Shown here: positions 29,561-48,186 of the stretch, one piece after another
Layout of the letters: each line of letters begins with the position of its first letter
Position numbering within the stretch: the stretch's first letter is position 1
Assembly (NCBI RefSeq): GCF_009914755.1
Contig: NC_060929.1
Reading direction: 5' to 3' (one strand)
DNA from: the human T2T-CHM13v2.0 reference genome, Homo sapiens
Length of the DNA: 64,000 nucleotides
Notes under the pieces: generated by a model
Databases searched by the model: none
Seen by the model: the letters and a program-made list of their open reading frames with translations, nothing else
What the model was told of the DNA's origin: nothing
Translations under genes and position numbers: made by a program

Positions 29561-32419
29561 CTTTTTTTTTTTTTTTGTTTCAACCACAAGTGTTTATTGA
29601 TATATTTTAATGGAACAATAAGGCACAACCGTGGATTAAAACAGTTTGCTATACAGCCAAAAGAGGGGAAAGCTATAACCTTAGGAACTTTAGATATGCA
29701 AATCAAGGAGCCTCTGAAGTACCTCTCTATAGATCAGTGTCAGACATTCTTCCGTTTTCACTTGATCACAAAGTCTGACTGATACTTCATGAAGAATTTC
29801 TCATTCATTTATATTTGAGCCATCCAGCCCAGCTACTTCCCTGTTCTCTACCCTTTTCCATCACTTTGCAGTGGTATTTTTTTTAGCAATCCCCTTCCTA
29901 AATAATTATGTACACATCTTCAATAGTTTTCCAAAGCAAGGAAACAAGCACGCAAGCAGTGAATCAGAGAAAGTCAGCCAAGGGCAGATGTTTGGATAAA
30001 TAGACTCATAGGGACATACATTAGGATGGCAATAGCTTGATTCACTGAAGTCTAAACTAAGCTGACTTTGGCAGAAAAGTTGCTGTGGCTTGTTCGAAGA
30101 CCTGTAATGCCACCTTAGGTTGTGCTACTAGTGCCAGACCTCATTTTTAAGGGATTAGCAGTGGTCTATACAAGGAAGTAGGAAGCTAGTGTAACCAGGC
30201 AGCTAATGATACAATAGTCAATGCTTTGGACATGTATTAGGAGCTGACTATGGCTTCCATCATTAACATTTGCCAAGTGTAAAATTCATAAAGAATTTTG
30301 TGACTGAGCATGGTGGTTCACACCTGTAATCCCAGCACTTTGGGACGCTGAGGCAGGAGGATCACCTGAGGTCAGGAGTTCAAGACCAACCTGGCCAACA
30401 TGGTGAAACCCTCTACTGAAAATACAAAAATTAGCCAGGTTTGGTGGTGCACATCTGTAATCCCAGCTACTTGGGAGGCTGAGGCGGGAGAATTGCTTGA
30501 ACCCAGAGGCGGAGGTTGCAGTGAGCCAAGATTGCGCCATTGCACTCCAGCCTGGGTGACAGAGTAAGACTCCGTCTTAAAAAAATAAAAAAGAATTTTG
30601 TGCAAAACTTCAAGATACGGAGGAAACAATCTTTAAATGTTTTGGACTGGGATAAGTTAACGCTAATCTTTCTACTTGGAAATGTGAAGTGAAAAACATT
30701 CCAGTGCACGTAACACTAAGTCATAAACCATGCTGCAAAGGTGTGAATGCGTGAGGCTTTATAGGGTGTCCAGCTGCCTTGATAAAAAGCCATGAAAAAG
30801 TCCCCAGGCATATTGCCAGAGCAGTCATTCTGGTGGTAACGGTGTCCCCAAACTAAACAAACCCATAGGCATATTGCTATTTTTTGAACAGTCAACACTG
30901 CACTAACGAGGAGCCATGTAGGTAAAAGTTGAGAATCAGAGGCCAGAGGTAGAGTGATGTGGGCAAGCAACCCAGAAGACTTGTCTCCACACCTCTCACC
31001 AAGGCCACCTTTCAAGATGAGTATCTCCACCCAGCAGCCCTTTGATGACAGAGTAGAATGCAGAGGATAGTGTCATACTTCTCAGAGAAGTGTTGGTTAC
31101 CAAAAAGCTCCTGGAGAGGCAACATCCCAGAGGCCCATTTAATAATGAAGGTAAATAAAAACTGCCAGACCCCTGAACTATCCTGTCAAGTCAGGAATAC
31201 ATAGGGCATAGCAGTGCCAAGTAGAACAGATTAGATTTTGAGGCTTACTGAAAAGCAGAAAGACTGCCAGACTAAGCAAACAGTATGTTGGATGACACAG
31301 AAGTAGGAAGCAAAGGACATATGAAAAGGATGAAGAAGCATGGTGGCATACTTGCTAGAGGGAAGGCAGTAGGGCTACAGTCTACATCTGGTGAAAGAGC
31401 TTTGCTGGCTTGTTCTTGGCATGATTCCGTCTCTCACTTTCTCAGACTGTATGGATATGCATTCAGCAGCAGAATGGGGAAAAAGATACTTATAAATGAA
31501 GAACTAGTGACTGGATACTGAACAGAAATAGACTGGGTGTACCATTCTGTAATGCCCTGTTTATGCATCAAAGGCAGGTTTGTGTTGACAGAACATATTT
31601 GGGGTTGTCGTGCAACAGCAGTAGTACTTTGGGAGAAGGGGAATGATGGGTTGGAGGTGGGGTTGGTAGAAGGAGGACTTTCAAGTTCCAGTTATTAAAT
31701 ACTAGACCGCAAGGAACAGTTTGGTCTCTGTCCTTTAGTGAAGAAATTGGATGCTCATTTTCTGTTCTACATCCACCTTCTCCAAAACCTTAACAAATTC
31801 TGTGAGAGATATGGCACTGTCCCCATCCTGATCAGCCTCTTGAATGGTCCTGTCTGCGATGCTGCCGAGCTGCTCATCTGAGATATTTACTCTGACCATT
31901 AAGTGTAGCACCTGTATCAGCTCACCACGGGAGAGCTTATCATCTTTATCGAAATCATATAGTCGAAAAGCAAACTGCAGTTTGTTGCTTCGGCTGTTGA
32001 GTGGTTCGGGTCCATTCACATCTTTGCTCTTTTCATTATCCTCAATGGGGTGGAAATGAGCCAAAGTTCACATGAATCCATGGAAGTTTACCTGGTCCTC
32101 TCCCTCTGGAAAGAAGACATTGATGATTCGGTCCCCCAGTGGGTTGATGACAAGTTCTGGAATCCTCAGGAAATCTTCATGGCTGAGAATGCCATCTCTC
32201 CTTTGTCCAGGCTGGTGAACCGGCTGTAGAGCAAGTGATTTGACTGTGGGAAAAACTGATCTTCTTTATCTCCTCAAGCTCTTCATCCCACAGTAACATG
32301 GAGGGCTGAGAACCCATCACCACTGGGGAGCTCCTATGGGTGCAGCGGTGCCAGAAGTGATGGCGACAGGAGGGAAGGAGGGAGGGTGAGAAAGGATAGG
32401 GGTCAAGAAGGGAGAGGGC
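29561..32419 (-). pseudogene. CHP1P1: Processed pseudogene of CHP1 (calcineurin-like EF-hand protein 1); CDS remnant 32317-31735 with frameshifts, long 3'UTR
   Basis: ORF 31735..32064 matches CHP1 C-terminus; AATAAA on - strand (29593-29598) plus poly(A); perfect TSD AGTCTTAACTTTCTT at 29546-29560 and 32420-32434; the P1 number is from memory. Confidence 0.92.
30303..30592 (+). mobile_element. AluS inserted in the CHP1 pseudogene 3'UTR
   Basis: TSD aaagaattttgtg (30290-30302, 30590-30602). Confidence 0.9.
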
Positions 32420-34405
32420 AGTCTTAACTTTCTTTTACTCCTATTCAAGTACCTTCACTGAGGCCAACCTGAACTGCTTGCTGTTTCACATACATGCTTC
32501 CTTTTTTCCTTTAGTACTTTAGTTGTCCTTAATCCTTACTCTAGAAAATGCTGTATTCCACTACTTTCCTACACCACATCTTTACCACATTCATTCATCA
32601 TGTGTTGAATGAATGAACTCTTTAAAGAGCCCGGTTATTATCTTTAATGATATCTTTCTCCATCAAAAGTGCCAGAGAACTTATATATTTCTTTCTTGCC
32701 TTGTTGCTGTCTACCATTAAATCTTAATAGTTTGTACTTGTGAAAAAGTTCTGTATTTGATTCATCTATTTTCTCTATTTGTAAGCAGTATATATTTTTG
32801 TTAAATGAATGAACAAATGGGCATTTAATGGCAAGATTAGGGTGTTAAGAAGGTTGGAATGGAGTGGCTATTAGAAAATTTTTTAAGTGAATGCTAAATA
32901 ATTATGGTTAATGTTTAGTGTGCTCTTACTGTGTGCCATGTACCATGCCAACCACTTTGTAGGCACACTTTGATTTTCAGCAACTTTTTGAAGTATGTAC
33001 TATTATTCTCATTTTACAGATGAGGGAAATGTTCAGAGGTAATGTTGAGAGATTTGTCTAAGCTAGTACATGGCAGAAATGGGATTCAGTTCTGGGATTT
33101 TTGATCCTGGATCACAAATCAAGTCACATGCTTTGGAAAAATTAGACTAGAACTAAGTGTAGATATGTTGACATAAATTTTAATTTTGAGAATGCCTTTA
33201 AACCAGGGGGACTTGACCTTAAATGTGAACCTAAACTGATGAACGATAACCTTTTTTCCCTGGGTCACAAATGATCCAGAGTATATTTAAGCAAAAAGAA
33301 AGAATACAGAGAATGAGCTTGAAGTGGATCAGTGTTTTTCTTAAAGTATTACACTAGAGAGTAATTGGAACATTAAAATGTGTTCTGAATCAAGCCAATT
33401 TTATTTTGATTTGCCATTTTTTTGTGACTTTTTTTCTTTTCCCTGATGCAATTTTTCCCACTCTGCTTTGGCTTCCTGGGCTCTTTTTACTGCTTTTTGC
33501 TTTTATATGCCAGTGTCATTTCCTAAGACACTGCTCAGCCAAAGGCTGACAAGTATGTGGCATGTGCTGCCTTATTCATGGCAGATACCATTGCTAGATC
33601 ATTGCATTCGTCCCCGGAGGAGATCTCAGTCTCTCTCATCTCAGTGCTGTAGGCAGTCACTGCCAATATTGAGTGTTGGTACTCATGTTGAAACCTGTCA
33701 TCTCCAGCTTAGTTCAATAGAGACTTTTTGTTTGCGAATGTCAGAAAGCCATATAAACAAGCTTAAGCAAAAATTCCATGCATTGGCTATTTTAACCTGG
33801 AAGGCTGGAATAGATTCAAGGTCCACATGGATTTCATCAGGACTTTGGTTCACTCTTTTCTTTCATTTTTGCTTGTCTTTACTTGGCTTCAGTTTATTAA
33901 GTTCCTACTGTAGACTTTTTCCTCATAGCTGGCAAGGAAGACATCAACAGTCCAAGCCTATATCCATTCTGTTTAGAACCCTAGTAGAACTTATTTTTTT
34001 TTTGTAGTGTCAGCATATTAATTTCAGGAAAGGTTCTGCTTTTGTCACATGCTTATCTTTGAATAAATCTCTGTGTTTAGGGTAGTAGGATATTATAATT
34101 GGTCAGCATAGGTCACATGCCCAGATCATGGAGGAGCAGGATTTGTATTCTGAAAGGGATAATGGAAATATCTTTTGAACAGACAAAAATTACTACTGTA
34201 GTACATTGTAGAATCACAGTACAAAGATACCAAACCCCAAAATATAACGTTTTAGAACTACAATAGGTTGTATATGTATTTCAGGTGTAGGATTTAATCA
34301 TGTTATTAATGTTTAAATAATTAGAAATAACAGTTTAAGAGGCAGGAATTTACTTTATAATTAGATAAAACTAGAAGATAAAAGTTACATAATTCGGTTT
34401 GTCTA

Positions 34406-34752
<347 letters not shown>

Positions 34753-35087
34753 GTAATGTAGTCCAAACACATTTATTTAACACACAGAAATATGTTGGAA
34801 CTTATCAAATATATGCCACTAATTTCGTTTAATATAGACTTGCAGGTGAATGAAAGTTTTGTCAGTTCTTAGAAATTTTGCTAACTCAACATATGGGGAT
34901 TGCTGAACCCTTATTCATCATAATGTCCTACTTGTCAACCTACTCATTTATTCTCTATGAAGAACTCAACAAATATACAGTTATTATAAATTCCTTTCTG
35001 TTGGTTAGGTAATAACTGTATATTAGGAATTACCTTTAAGCTCACTGCTTGATTCCTTTTGAATTCTGGACATTTAGATCATGTTTC

Positions 35088-36749
<1,662 letters not shown>

Positions 36750-37050
36750 TGAGCAAATGAGTCTAGTGACTCACTGCAATAACAAAACTTGTGCTTCCTA
36801 GAAAAATAACATAGACAAAATTTTGCTTGTGATTGTGTGGAATTTATGGACTTAAAGGATTTTGTTTTGTAAAGTCTATTCTAACCTTCAATTGTTTTAT
36901 ACTATTGATTTCTGTTAACATTTTATTTCTCCTCTTTTGTAAGGAGCCCCTCTGGCGGATGAGTTCCACCCTAAACTAGCTTTAGTTCTGTGGGATAGAG
37001 ATCTTTAAAAGAAAACAAAAGATCCAATTCTTTTAAAAATTTGTATACAT

Positions 37051-37519
<469 letters not shown>

Positions 37520-37722
37520 TTGTATACATAAGTTAACCTATTTCTCTGATGCTGCAAAATGACACCAATTTTATTTTTAGTCAGTTATCTATTGAAAGAT
37601 ACAACCTGTCAGTTTGTGTTTTCAGTTCTTAAGTCAAACTGAGAGCATTACAAATTTTTTTCTAACTCGTTATGATAATGTTATATTACTTATTGTATGT
37701 ACTGACACTTTTTGTCATTGCC

Positions 37723-38028
37723 TTTTTGTTTGTTTTGCTTTTTTTGAGACAGAGTCTCATTCTGTTGCCCAGTCTGGAGTGCAGTGGCATGATCTCAGGC
37801 TCAGTGCAACCTCCACCTCCCGGGTTCAAGCAATTCTCATGCCTCAGCCTCCCAAGCAGCTGGGCTTACAGGCGTGCATCACCATACCTGGCTAATTTTT
37901 GTATTTTTAGTAGAGACATAGTTTCACCATGTTGGCTAGGCTGGTCTCGAACTCTTGGCCTGAAGCAGTCCACCTGCCTCAGCCTCCCAAAGTGCTGGGA
38001 TTACAGGTGTGAACCACGGCACCTGGCC
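37723..38028 (-). mobile_element. AluS
   Basis: TSD tgtcattg. Confidence 0.88.
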
Positions 38029-38952
38029 TGTCATTGTTTTTTTTTTGTTTGTTTGTTTTGTTTTTTTTTTTTTTTAGTGTAGTAATGGCTGGTTCCTCTG
38101 GAATTTGAGTCACTGTAAGAGGATGCTTTGAATATTAAGGCACCTGTGGTCTGAAGGGATCATGAATAAACTGGTGTTTTCTAATTTTGTATATCTTTTT
38201 ATATTCCATTGACATTGCCCTTGTAACCCTAACCACTCTCAGGTAATTCAGTTGCTAAAAGAGAGTAAAATCCATATTTTCAATGTTTTCTATTTTACAG
38301 TCATTTTGGTAATTTTACTTTATGCTATTTATAATTCATAAAAGTTCAGCAGGTTTCCATTTATATATATACATATAGTGACTATTTTCTCCCAGTCTGG
38401 CTTGTTCTTTTTTTTTTTTTCCGGTGTTTTTGAAGAGCAAAAGTTAATTTTGATGAAGTGCAGTTTACCAAATTTTGGTTTTTTATGTGTTATGCTTTTG
38501 TGTCAAATACAAGAAACGTTTGTCTAATCCAAGGTCACAAAGATTTTTAAAAATTTTTCTATTTCCTTTAGTTGAAGTTTTGTAGTTTAGAAGGACACAG
38601 GTGATAACCTGAAAAGAGTTCCCAGTGGCCAAAGCTGGAATTACTTGAGCAAGTAATAAGTAATGAATATATTAGATCATAACACAAAGAATAAAATAAA
38701 TAGCCATTAATCCATACAGATAAAAATAAATGAGTAAAGAATTTAAAATTTATTTCAAAATTTTGTATACATGTTAATACAAAAGGTGACCAAAAGATTT
38801 GGACACTTCCTAAAAATATATATATTTATGAATGTCAAGTAAGCACATGAAAAGATACCCCATTCGTAATTAGGGAAATACAGATTAAAACCACAAGAAA
38901 AATAGCAGTAGACACTTATTAGAGTGATAAAAATTTAAAAGGCTGACTATAC

Positions 38953-39251
38953 CAGCCAGGCATGCTGGCTCACACCTGTAATCCCAGCACTTTAGGAGGC
39001 CAAGATGTGTGGATTCCTTGAGCCCAGGAAGTCGAGACCAGCCTGGGCAACATGATGAAACTCTGTATCTACAAAAAAATACAAAAATTAGGCGTGGTGT
39101 TGTGCACCTGTAGTCTTAGCTACTTGGGAGGCTGAGAGGGGAGTATGGCTTGAGCCCAGGAGGCAGAGAGGTTGCTGTGAGCTGAGATTGTACCACAGCA
39201 CTCCAGCCTGGGTGACAGGGCGAGACTCCATCTGGGAAAAAGAAAAAAAGA
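38953..39251 (+). mobile_element. AluJ
   Basis: Alu consensus. Confidence 0.85.
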
Positions 39252-39684
39252 CTGAGTATACCAAATGCTATCAAGGTTGTGGAAGAACTGAAACTCACAA
39301 AGACTGCTGGTGAAAATATAAAATGGTGCAACCACTCTGGAAAATACCTTGGCAGCTTCTTAGAAATTTAAGCGTACACTTACCATATGATCCAGTTGTT
39401 CTACCCCTAGGCATTTACCCAAGAGAAAAGGAAATATATGTGCAAAGACTTGCATATGAATGTTCATGGCAGTTTTATTTGTAGTAGCTCCAAACTGTAA
39501 ACAACCCAAATGTCCATTAACAGATGAACGGATAAACAAATTGTAGTATTTCCATGCAGTGAAGTACTACTCAACAATAAAAATTAATAAACTACTGATA
39601 CATGCAATTACATGGATGAATCTCAAAGTAATTTTGCTGAGTAAAAGAAGCCAGACCAAAATAAGAATACATATTATATGATTC

Positions 39685-39984
<300 letters not shown>

Positions 39985-40570
39985 ATACTATATGATTCTA
40001 TTTATATAACTTTCTAGAAAATGTACACTAATTTATAGTGACAGAAAGCAGATCAGTGATTGCCTTGGGAAGGGTGGAATGGGTTACAAAGGAGCATGAG
40101 GTGATAATTATATATGTTATCTTGTGGTAGTAGACTCACAAATGTCAAAATTCATTAAACTGTACAATTTAAGTAGATGTAGTTTATCATATGTTAATTA
40201 TACCTCAGAAAATCTGTTTAAAAAGGAGTTGGGAAGAATCATTTTAAGGGTTTTGGCATGAGTAACTGAAAGGATATGGTTGCAACTAACATGGAGAATG
40301 CTTATAGACATAAGTACTATAATTGAAAGTAGAAACAAGGGCTTTATCAGGATCATGGAAGATGAAAACATGACTCAACCTTATGAGTATGGGGACACTG
40401 TCAAAATGTGTATGTAAGAGGAGATTATATTTCAGTACTAAGATTCTGTGGAGAACTAGATAAAATTTTGGAATGTTTCACAGTGACTGAAATCTGTGGT
40501 TAAAAACCTATTTCTTTGATTTAAGACTATAGTTTCTAAATTTTCCTCATAGTTTTCAAGCCTTGGGTAC

Positions 40571-40991
40571 TGTATTCGTCCATTCTAGTGTTGCTAAAAA
40601 GAAATAATCTGAGGCTAGGTCATTTATAAAGAAAAGATATTTAACTTGGCGCATGGTTCTACAGGCTTTATAGGAAGCATGGTGCTGGCATGTGCTTCTG
40701 GTGAGACCTTAGGAAACTTAAAATCATAGTGGAAGGCAACAGAGAGCCACCATGTCACATGGCAATAGTGGGAACATGAGACAGATGGGGGAGGTCCCAG
40801 ACACTCTTAAACAACCAGATCTTGTGTGAAATAACTTAGCGAGAACACACTTATTACCAAGGGGATGATGCTAAGCCATTCATGAAAGATCCTCCTGCAT
40901 GATCCAGTCATCTCCCATTAGGCCCCACCTCCCACGTGGGAATCGCATTTCCACATGCGATTTGGAGGGTACAGACATCCAAACCGTATCA
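40571..40991. mobile_element. MST (MaLR) solo LTR
   Basis: tgtattcgtccatt...catccaaaccgtatca; TG...CA ends. Confidence 0.85.
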
Positions 40992-41059
40992 GGTACATAC
41001 AAGAATTATTTTTGGACATTTTTTTCTTTGCATTTTTCTTTTTTTATGTACAGAAATTG

Positions 41060-41381
41060 ATTTCTTTTCTTTCTTTCTTTTTGTTTTTTTTTTTTTTTTG
41101 AGACAGAGTCTTGCCCTGTCACCCAAGCTGGAGTGTAGTGACATGATCTTGGCTCACTGCAACCTCCGCCTCCTGGGTTCAAATGATTGTCCTGCCTCAG
41201 CCTCCCAAGTAGCTGGGATTACAGGGGTCCTCCACCATGCCCAGCTAATTTTTGTATTTTTAGTAGAGATGGGTTTTCACCATGTTGGCCAGGCTGGCGT
41301 TGGACTCCTGACCTCAGGTGATCTGCCTGCCTCGGCCTTTCACAGTGCTGGGATTACAGGCATGAGCCACCATGCCCAGCC
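41060..41381 (-). mobile_element. AluS
   Basis: TSD agaaattgatttc. Confidence 0.88.
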
Positions 41382-41389
41382 AAGAAATT

Positions 41390-41845
41390 GATTTCATTGG
41401 TCCAGGGTGGATACCACTATATTTTAAAACTCCTCAGCTGATTGTAACTAGCAGCCATTGTTGAGAACCTATAGCATCACACTACATGAATGCTTGTTAT
41501 AAATGGAGAATCTCAAATCCTATCCCAGTCCTACTGAATCAGAATCCGTATTTTAATAAGATCCCAAGATGCTCTGGGCTTTGTATGCACAGTATAATTG
41601 GAGAAGCACTGTCTAGACTAATTAAATATCTACCAGTGGCCACAGAGTCTACTAGGACTGTATTTCTCAAAATGTGATTCCAGGACCAGTGGCATCACCT
41701 GGGAATTTGTTAAAAATGCAAATATTTGAGCTCCACCCTAGACCTTCTGAATAGAACACTGTGGGAGTGGAGCCCAGTAGTCTGTGGTTTAACAAGTTCT
41801 CCAGGTGATTCTCATACATAATATAGTTTAGAAGCATTGCGCCAG
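41390..41845. mobile_element. MER5-family hAT DNA transposon fragments
   Basis: ctactgaatcagaatc, ggcatcacctgggaatttgtt, tttaacaagttctccaggtgattct. Confidence 0.7.
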
Positions 41846-44800
41846 GAGTCTCTCATGAGGTTTGAAACTGCTGAATTGAGGAAATTGATTCAGCAAGTCC
41901 TTTTTTAAAACACATACTCCTGAAGTGAAGTGTCATTGATGTCTGCAACTTTCAAATGGTTTAGCAAAAGAAAAAAATTGTATAAGGCTATGTGGAGAGA
42001 GAGAGAAAGCAAATGCTATATTTGTTATCATTTACCTTTTATAAATGATACAACCTAGGTTCAAAAAGAGCATCTAGTTCAAAAAGAGTATCCAAATTAG
42101 AATTTGAGCCTCTATACCCTGTGCATATCACCACAAACTGGAGTGTGATTCTCTTTTTTGTGTTAGCTTGCCTGGCCTATCATCCCAGGCATCTGGGAAT
42201 GTGACTGTGTTGCATTCCACAGGCCCAGGAGCAAGCTTGAAAATGTAGTAATTGATTTCCATTGTTATGAGTCACAACTCTTTCCTTGCTCATGCACACA
42301 TGCACACACCCCTTCATTATCATCATTCCTTTTATTAAACTTTTAGTGTATGTCTGAGAGTGTTTGTGTTTAGCTCTGATTAGAAGCAGAAATATGCTTG
42401 ATTTGAATAGCCCAGACTTTCTATTTGAGTTTTGAGGGCAGTTTTTAACTAATGTTAAAAACTTGTCCTGTTGATGGCCTGAGATTTAGGATTGATTCCG
42501 AAGCAACAGGGATTATTAATTAAATATTTCACATATTTTGTACTTTTCCTCAGTCCACAAAACATTTGTGGTGATCAAAGATTACCGTTCAGTAAGTTGC
42601 TTTTCTTCTTGTAACATCTTTTCAAAGTTTTAATCCAAATTAGGTTTGAATGGATTCTTTAGGTTGATGGCTTTTCTTATAGCATTTATTTATTCCTACC
42701 TGATGATTAAAGCATCATATTTAAGAATTGTTTTGCTTTGAATCATTGACCTCTTAGAGCTGTTCTTCTGTTCTATGAGTTTAATTGAACTCATAGTGGT
42801 GTTTTAAAATAATGTGTAAAAGAGCATCAGGAGACAGAGCCAAAATGGTTTTATTTGCTTTTATACAAACTAAATTGCCCTTGTGACCCAACATAAAATT
42901 TAAGTGCTAAGAGCAGTTATTTATTTTGACAAAAGAATTAATTGAGTCTAAAACAGTTAAAATTCCAGTTGTAGCAAACTATTCATTAAGACTCTCACTC
43001 TGGCTTTAGTACTGTCAAAAAAAATAACTTGTCTTATGATTAAATAGCAGAATGATGGGCAGTGGACTGCATTTGAAGGAGATGCTGAATAAACTTTCCA
43101 CTTGTGAAACAGTTCAGAAGTGACATGCTACAGGGGGGGTCAGAATGTGCATTGATATCCAGCTGAGTTGTCAACTGGCACTGAGCCAGGCACGCAAAGC
43201 CTTGCCATGTGAAGCGGCATGTGGAGCATATGCCATTTGTAAAAGAAAATCTTGTTCATGCATGATTTAATGGTTTTTTTAAAAAGGTAGTATTTAGTTT
43301 TATTATGCCAGAAATCATTATTTCTATCTTTAATAGAAAAGTTTGTGTGGATGGTACTCAATTTAAAATTTTTAATATATATTTTTTGATTTGAAGTGAT
43401 TTGGCATCTTTCAAAATGTGTTTTTTTTGGACATTTTTCTATTTCAAATGGATTTTAAGAGGATGTTTAGAAAACATAAGAGAAATCAAGATATGTTTAC
43501 TATAGGAAAAGAGTTTTGTGAGAACAAAAAGGAGAATTTTGTTTAAAGGGACTGATTTTATGGAGTTAAGAGATGTCTTTACTGTTTTCACATGTATGAA
43601 GTCATCCAAAGATTTTACAAATCTTTTTTTCTGTATGTACCATATTTGCTAAGATGATGATGTAAAAGTCCTTCTAGATAATATATATTTAGTATTTGTA
43701 AACAAGGCAATTTGGCATTGGTGTTTTGTTTTTATGGTACTTACTTTTTTCTACTCTCTAGAGTAAGCGTGTGGCCTGAGCATTAGAGATTCTGTAAATA
43801 GTTAATGGGTAGAAATTATGTGGATGTGTAGCTGTAGGAGAATTTTTGACTAACCACATGCCTGATTGCCTTTTTTTGGTAAACCCTTTCTTGTCTCAAC
43901 AGACGATTATATTTTCTCAAGCTTTATTAGTACTTGGAAAAGCCAATAATATATAATAAGCTGTTGGTAATTTAGGTAGAGATTTGTTATTCATAATTTT
44001 TATACTAAGTGAAAAGTTGCTAATTTGCACATCTCAATTTCTTTACCCTTATTGATTTTTCAGCCTGCCTTCATCTCATTGTAAATTGTTACGATAGGCC
44101 TCTAAGGGATTCTAAGAACAAGCTCAGTACCCTTTTATTAAATGATTTCTCAGCTTCCAGATTTGCAGAATGGGTTTGAATAAAGTCCTTAAATTTTTAA
44201 TTGGGTCATTTTCTGACTCTTTAAGGCTTTTTTGGATAGAAGTGATAAACATTTTTTTTAGTCCTTGTTCATATTTAGAAGAATGTACTAGTAAGGAACA
44301 TACTAATAATTGATTAGGACCTTGTTTATCAACTCACTTCTATGACTGTTTTATTCTGCTTATTAGTAAATGTTAATTTATTTTATTTGAATGGAAACTA
44401 GAACCACACAGAAATAAATCTTAGGTTTAGGGGGAGGGAGAGGGACATTAAGACAATATTTTTAGATCCCCCTATTTGTAGAGAAATCTTTCTTGTTAAT
44501 CAATCAGTGGCTTTCTTTTTTAATGGAATGATCAATAATAATGCTGATCATGAATTTGTACATAGTTAAGCTTCACATCTCAGAAGAACCAGTAACAAAA
44601 TCCTCTATCATCTACTCTCTGTTTCAAGCTCTATTTTAAAATTTCTTCATATAGCAAGTTATACCAGTTACCATTAATAAATTAAAAATTATTTCACAAA
44701 AAAAGCTAGACTTTCATGAATTTATATATAAAAAGTACTAAATGACAGCTTAGTGGGAGATAATTTTTTAGTCTCATATTTAGCTTCTGGGATATTTCAT

Positions 44801-45700
44801 TAGGAGAGTAATTCATGTTTTGCTACTTTCTCACACTGCCAAATAATTTGATATTTCACATATATGAAGTATGCCATATTTTATGGCAATTAAGGCTAGT
44901 CTGAGCAGTCAGTCATTTCAGGGCTATTTTAATTGTTTTCTAATGATTTCCACTTTATCATCATCCTCTTCTACAATCTATCTCTCATAGCAATGCTAAA
45001 TTAATTGTCCTTGAAGATCTCTTTGTGGGTGGATGTGTATGATCTTACATGAAAACTCTTCCTATTTCCTGTAAGCTGTAGTTCACATTCCTTGACCTGC
45101 TATACAGTTAGAGAGATCTGGATTATAATCCCAAGGTCACCACTTAACTAGTCTGTAATTAGTTCATTTATTCATTCAATAAATATTTACTTATTTACCC
45201 AACTTATTATTTACCTGGCATTTTTTAAGTATTGAAGATACAGTGATGAACAGGACAGATGAGGTCCCAAGCTTATGTTCTAGTAGTATTTACTATCTTG
45301 GTAGCCCTGTTCTTCCCATGAACACCACCGAGGATTCAGCAACCACCTTTACCATGCTTGTTTCCTCTCATTAACAGTACTGCCAGCTTCTTGAAAGCAG
45401 AAACTGCATATTCTTGTGTCTCTAGTTTTGTGGCATCATATGTAATTGGTTTTCAGTAAATTATTGTGATCATAATGGGCTAGTCTTGTTATTTTTCACT
45501 GTTAGAATTATTTGATTTTTAAAATTTATTGCTGATATTTTAATTAACTATTAGGTAACAACTAGAACCATTTCAGAACAATTAAAAAGATGCGTTGTCA
45601 ATTAAAAGTAGAATAAAAAATTTAAAATGTAAAAAAAAAGTTTTAAAATTTACCTAATAGTTTTTTTCTACTAGAAGTTTTTCAATTTCTTTTTTTCCAG

Positions 45701-45745
45701 GCCTCATTGAATTTGAAGAATGTGACACTGCTAGTGCAGTTGAAG
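45701..45745 (+). CDS. FCHO2: FCHO2 coding exon (45 nt; LIEFEECDTASAVE(G)), end of extended F-BAR
   Basis: ttttttccag| acceptor, AAG|gtaagt donor. Confidence 0.94.
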
Positions 45746-46031
45746 GTAAGTTGATTAGTTATAATATGTTAATGCACATGGCAGCTAGCTAGTATCTTCT
45801 GTTCATTGAACAAATAAGGAGGGACTGCTATCCCTAGGTGTCAGCATACCTATGGAATGGAATGCTGTAAAAATCTGAAATTAGTTTGAAGGCCTGCAGA
45901 TGCTACTTGCTGCTTAATAAATAACAGATTTTCCCAAAATAATATTAGTGTGTTAGATTATATATTTTTAAAGATTGAGTATAACATGCATTTGTTTTTA
46001 AATATACATTGAAATAGTTTTCTTCATTGAC

Positions 46032-46086
46032 ATCCATGTTTAAGCCTTGTTCCATGTTTAAGCCTTGTTAATCCATGTTTAAGCCA
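46032..46086. repeat. Short tandem triplication (tccatgtttaagcc core)
   Basis: Three copies at 18-21 bp spacing. Confidence 0.85.
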
Positions 46087-46179
46087 TATTCAGGAATATG
46101 AAACTCATCTCTGTAATGTGTAGTGCTAATTGTACAGTGGGTAACATTTCATTAATTTATGTTAATATTACCATCATTT

Positions 46180-47719
<1,540 letters not shown>

Positions 47720-48186
47720 CCATATTATACTTCTAATGGGTCTGCTGTATCATCTTTTTATCTAAAACAATAAAATTATATTTTGTGGCCCTCTAAAAAG
47801 CAAACATGATTTGACCTTTATAACATTATTTGACGTTTATAACAAAATTTAGTATAATGAATAATGTACTTTCTTTGAAGTTTTAAGATATCTCCATATG
47901 CTTATTATGTGTAAGGTGACTTAAGGGAGGCTTAGGAAAAGAAAAGAAAATTTTATCTATAAAGTAAATGTTCTATGATCTTTTGATAAACAATAGACTA
48001 TGTTTTATTAACATAAGAAAAGTCTAACCAATAGGGTTGAGTGGTTGCTAACTTTATTTCTGTCATCCACATTTAGCATCAGCAGTTATGAGCAAATTAT
48101 GTGTGAGGATGCAAGATGTATCCATAAGTTTAATATGTTTATCAGGAATGTTTATGTTTCTGTAACAATATATATTTATTTTAAAG

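Noticed and set aside
33468-34007. 179-aa ORF
   Set aside because: TTG start, no recognisable domain, appears to overlap decayed LTR-like sequence
42053-42093. Short tandem duplication gttcaaaaagag x2 (similar case at 46032-46086)
   Set aside because: Ordinary slippage-type micro-duplications
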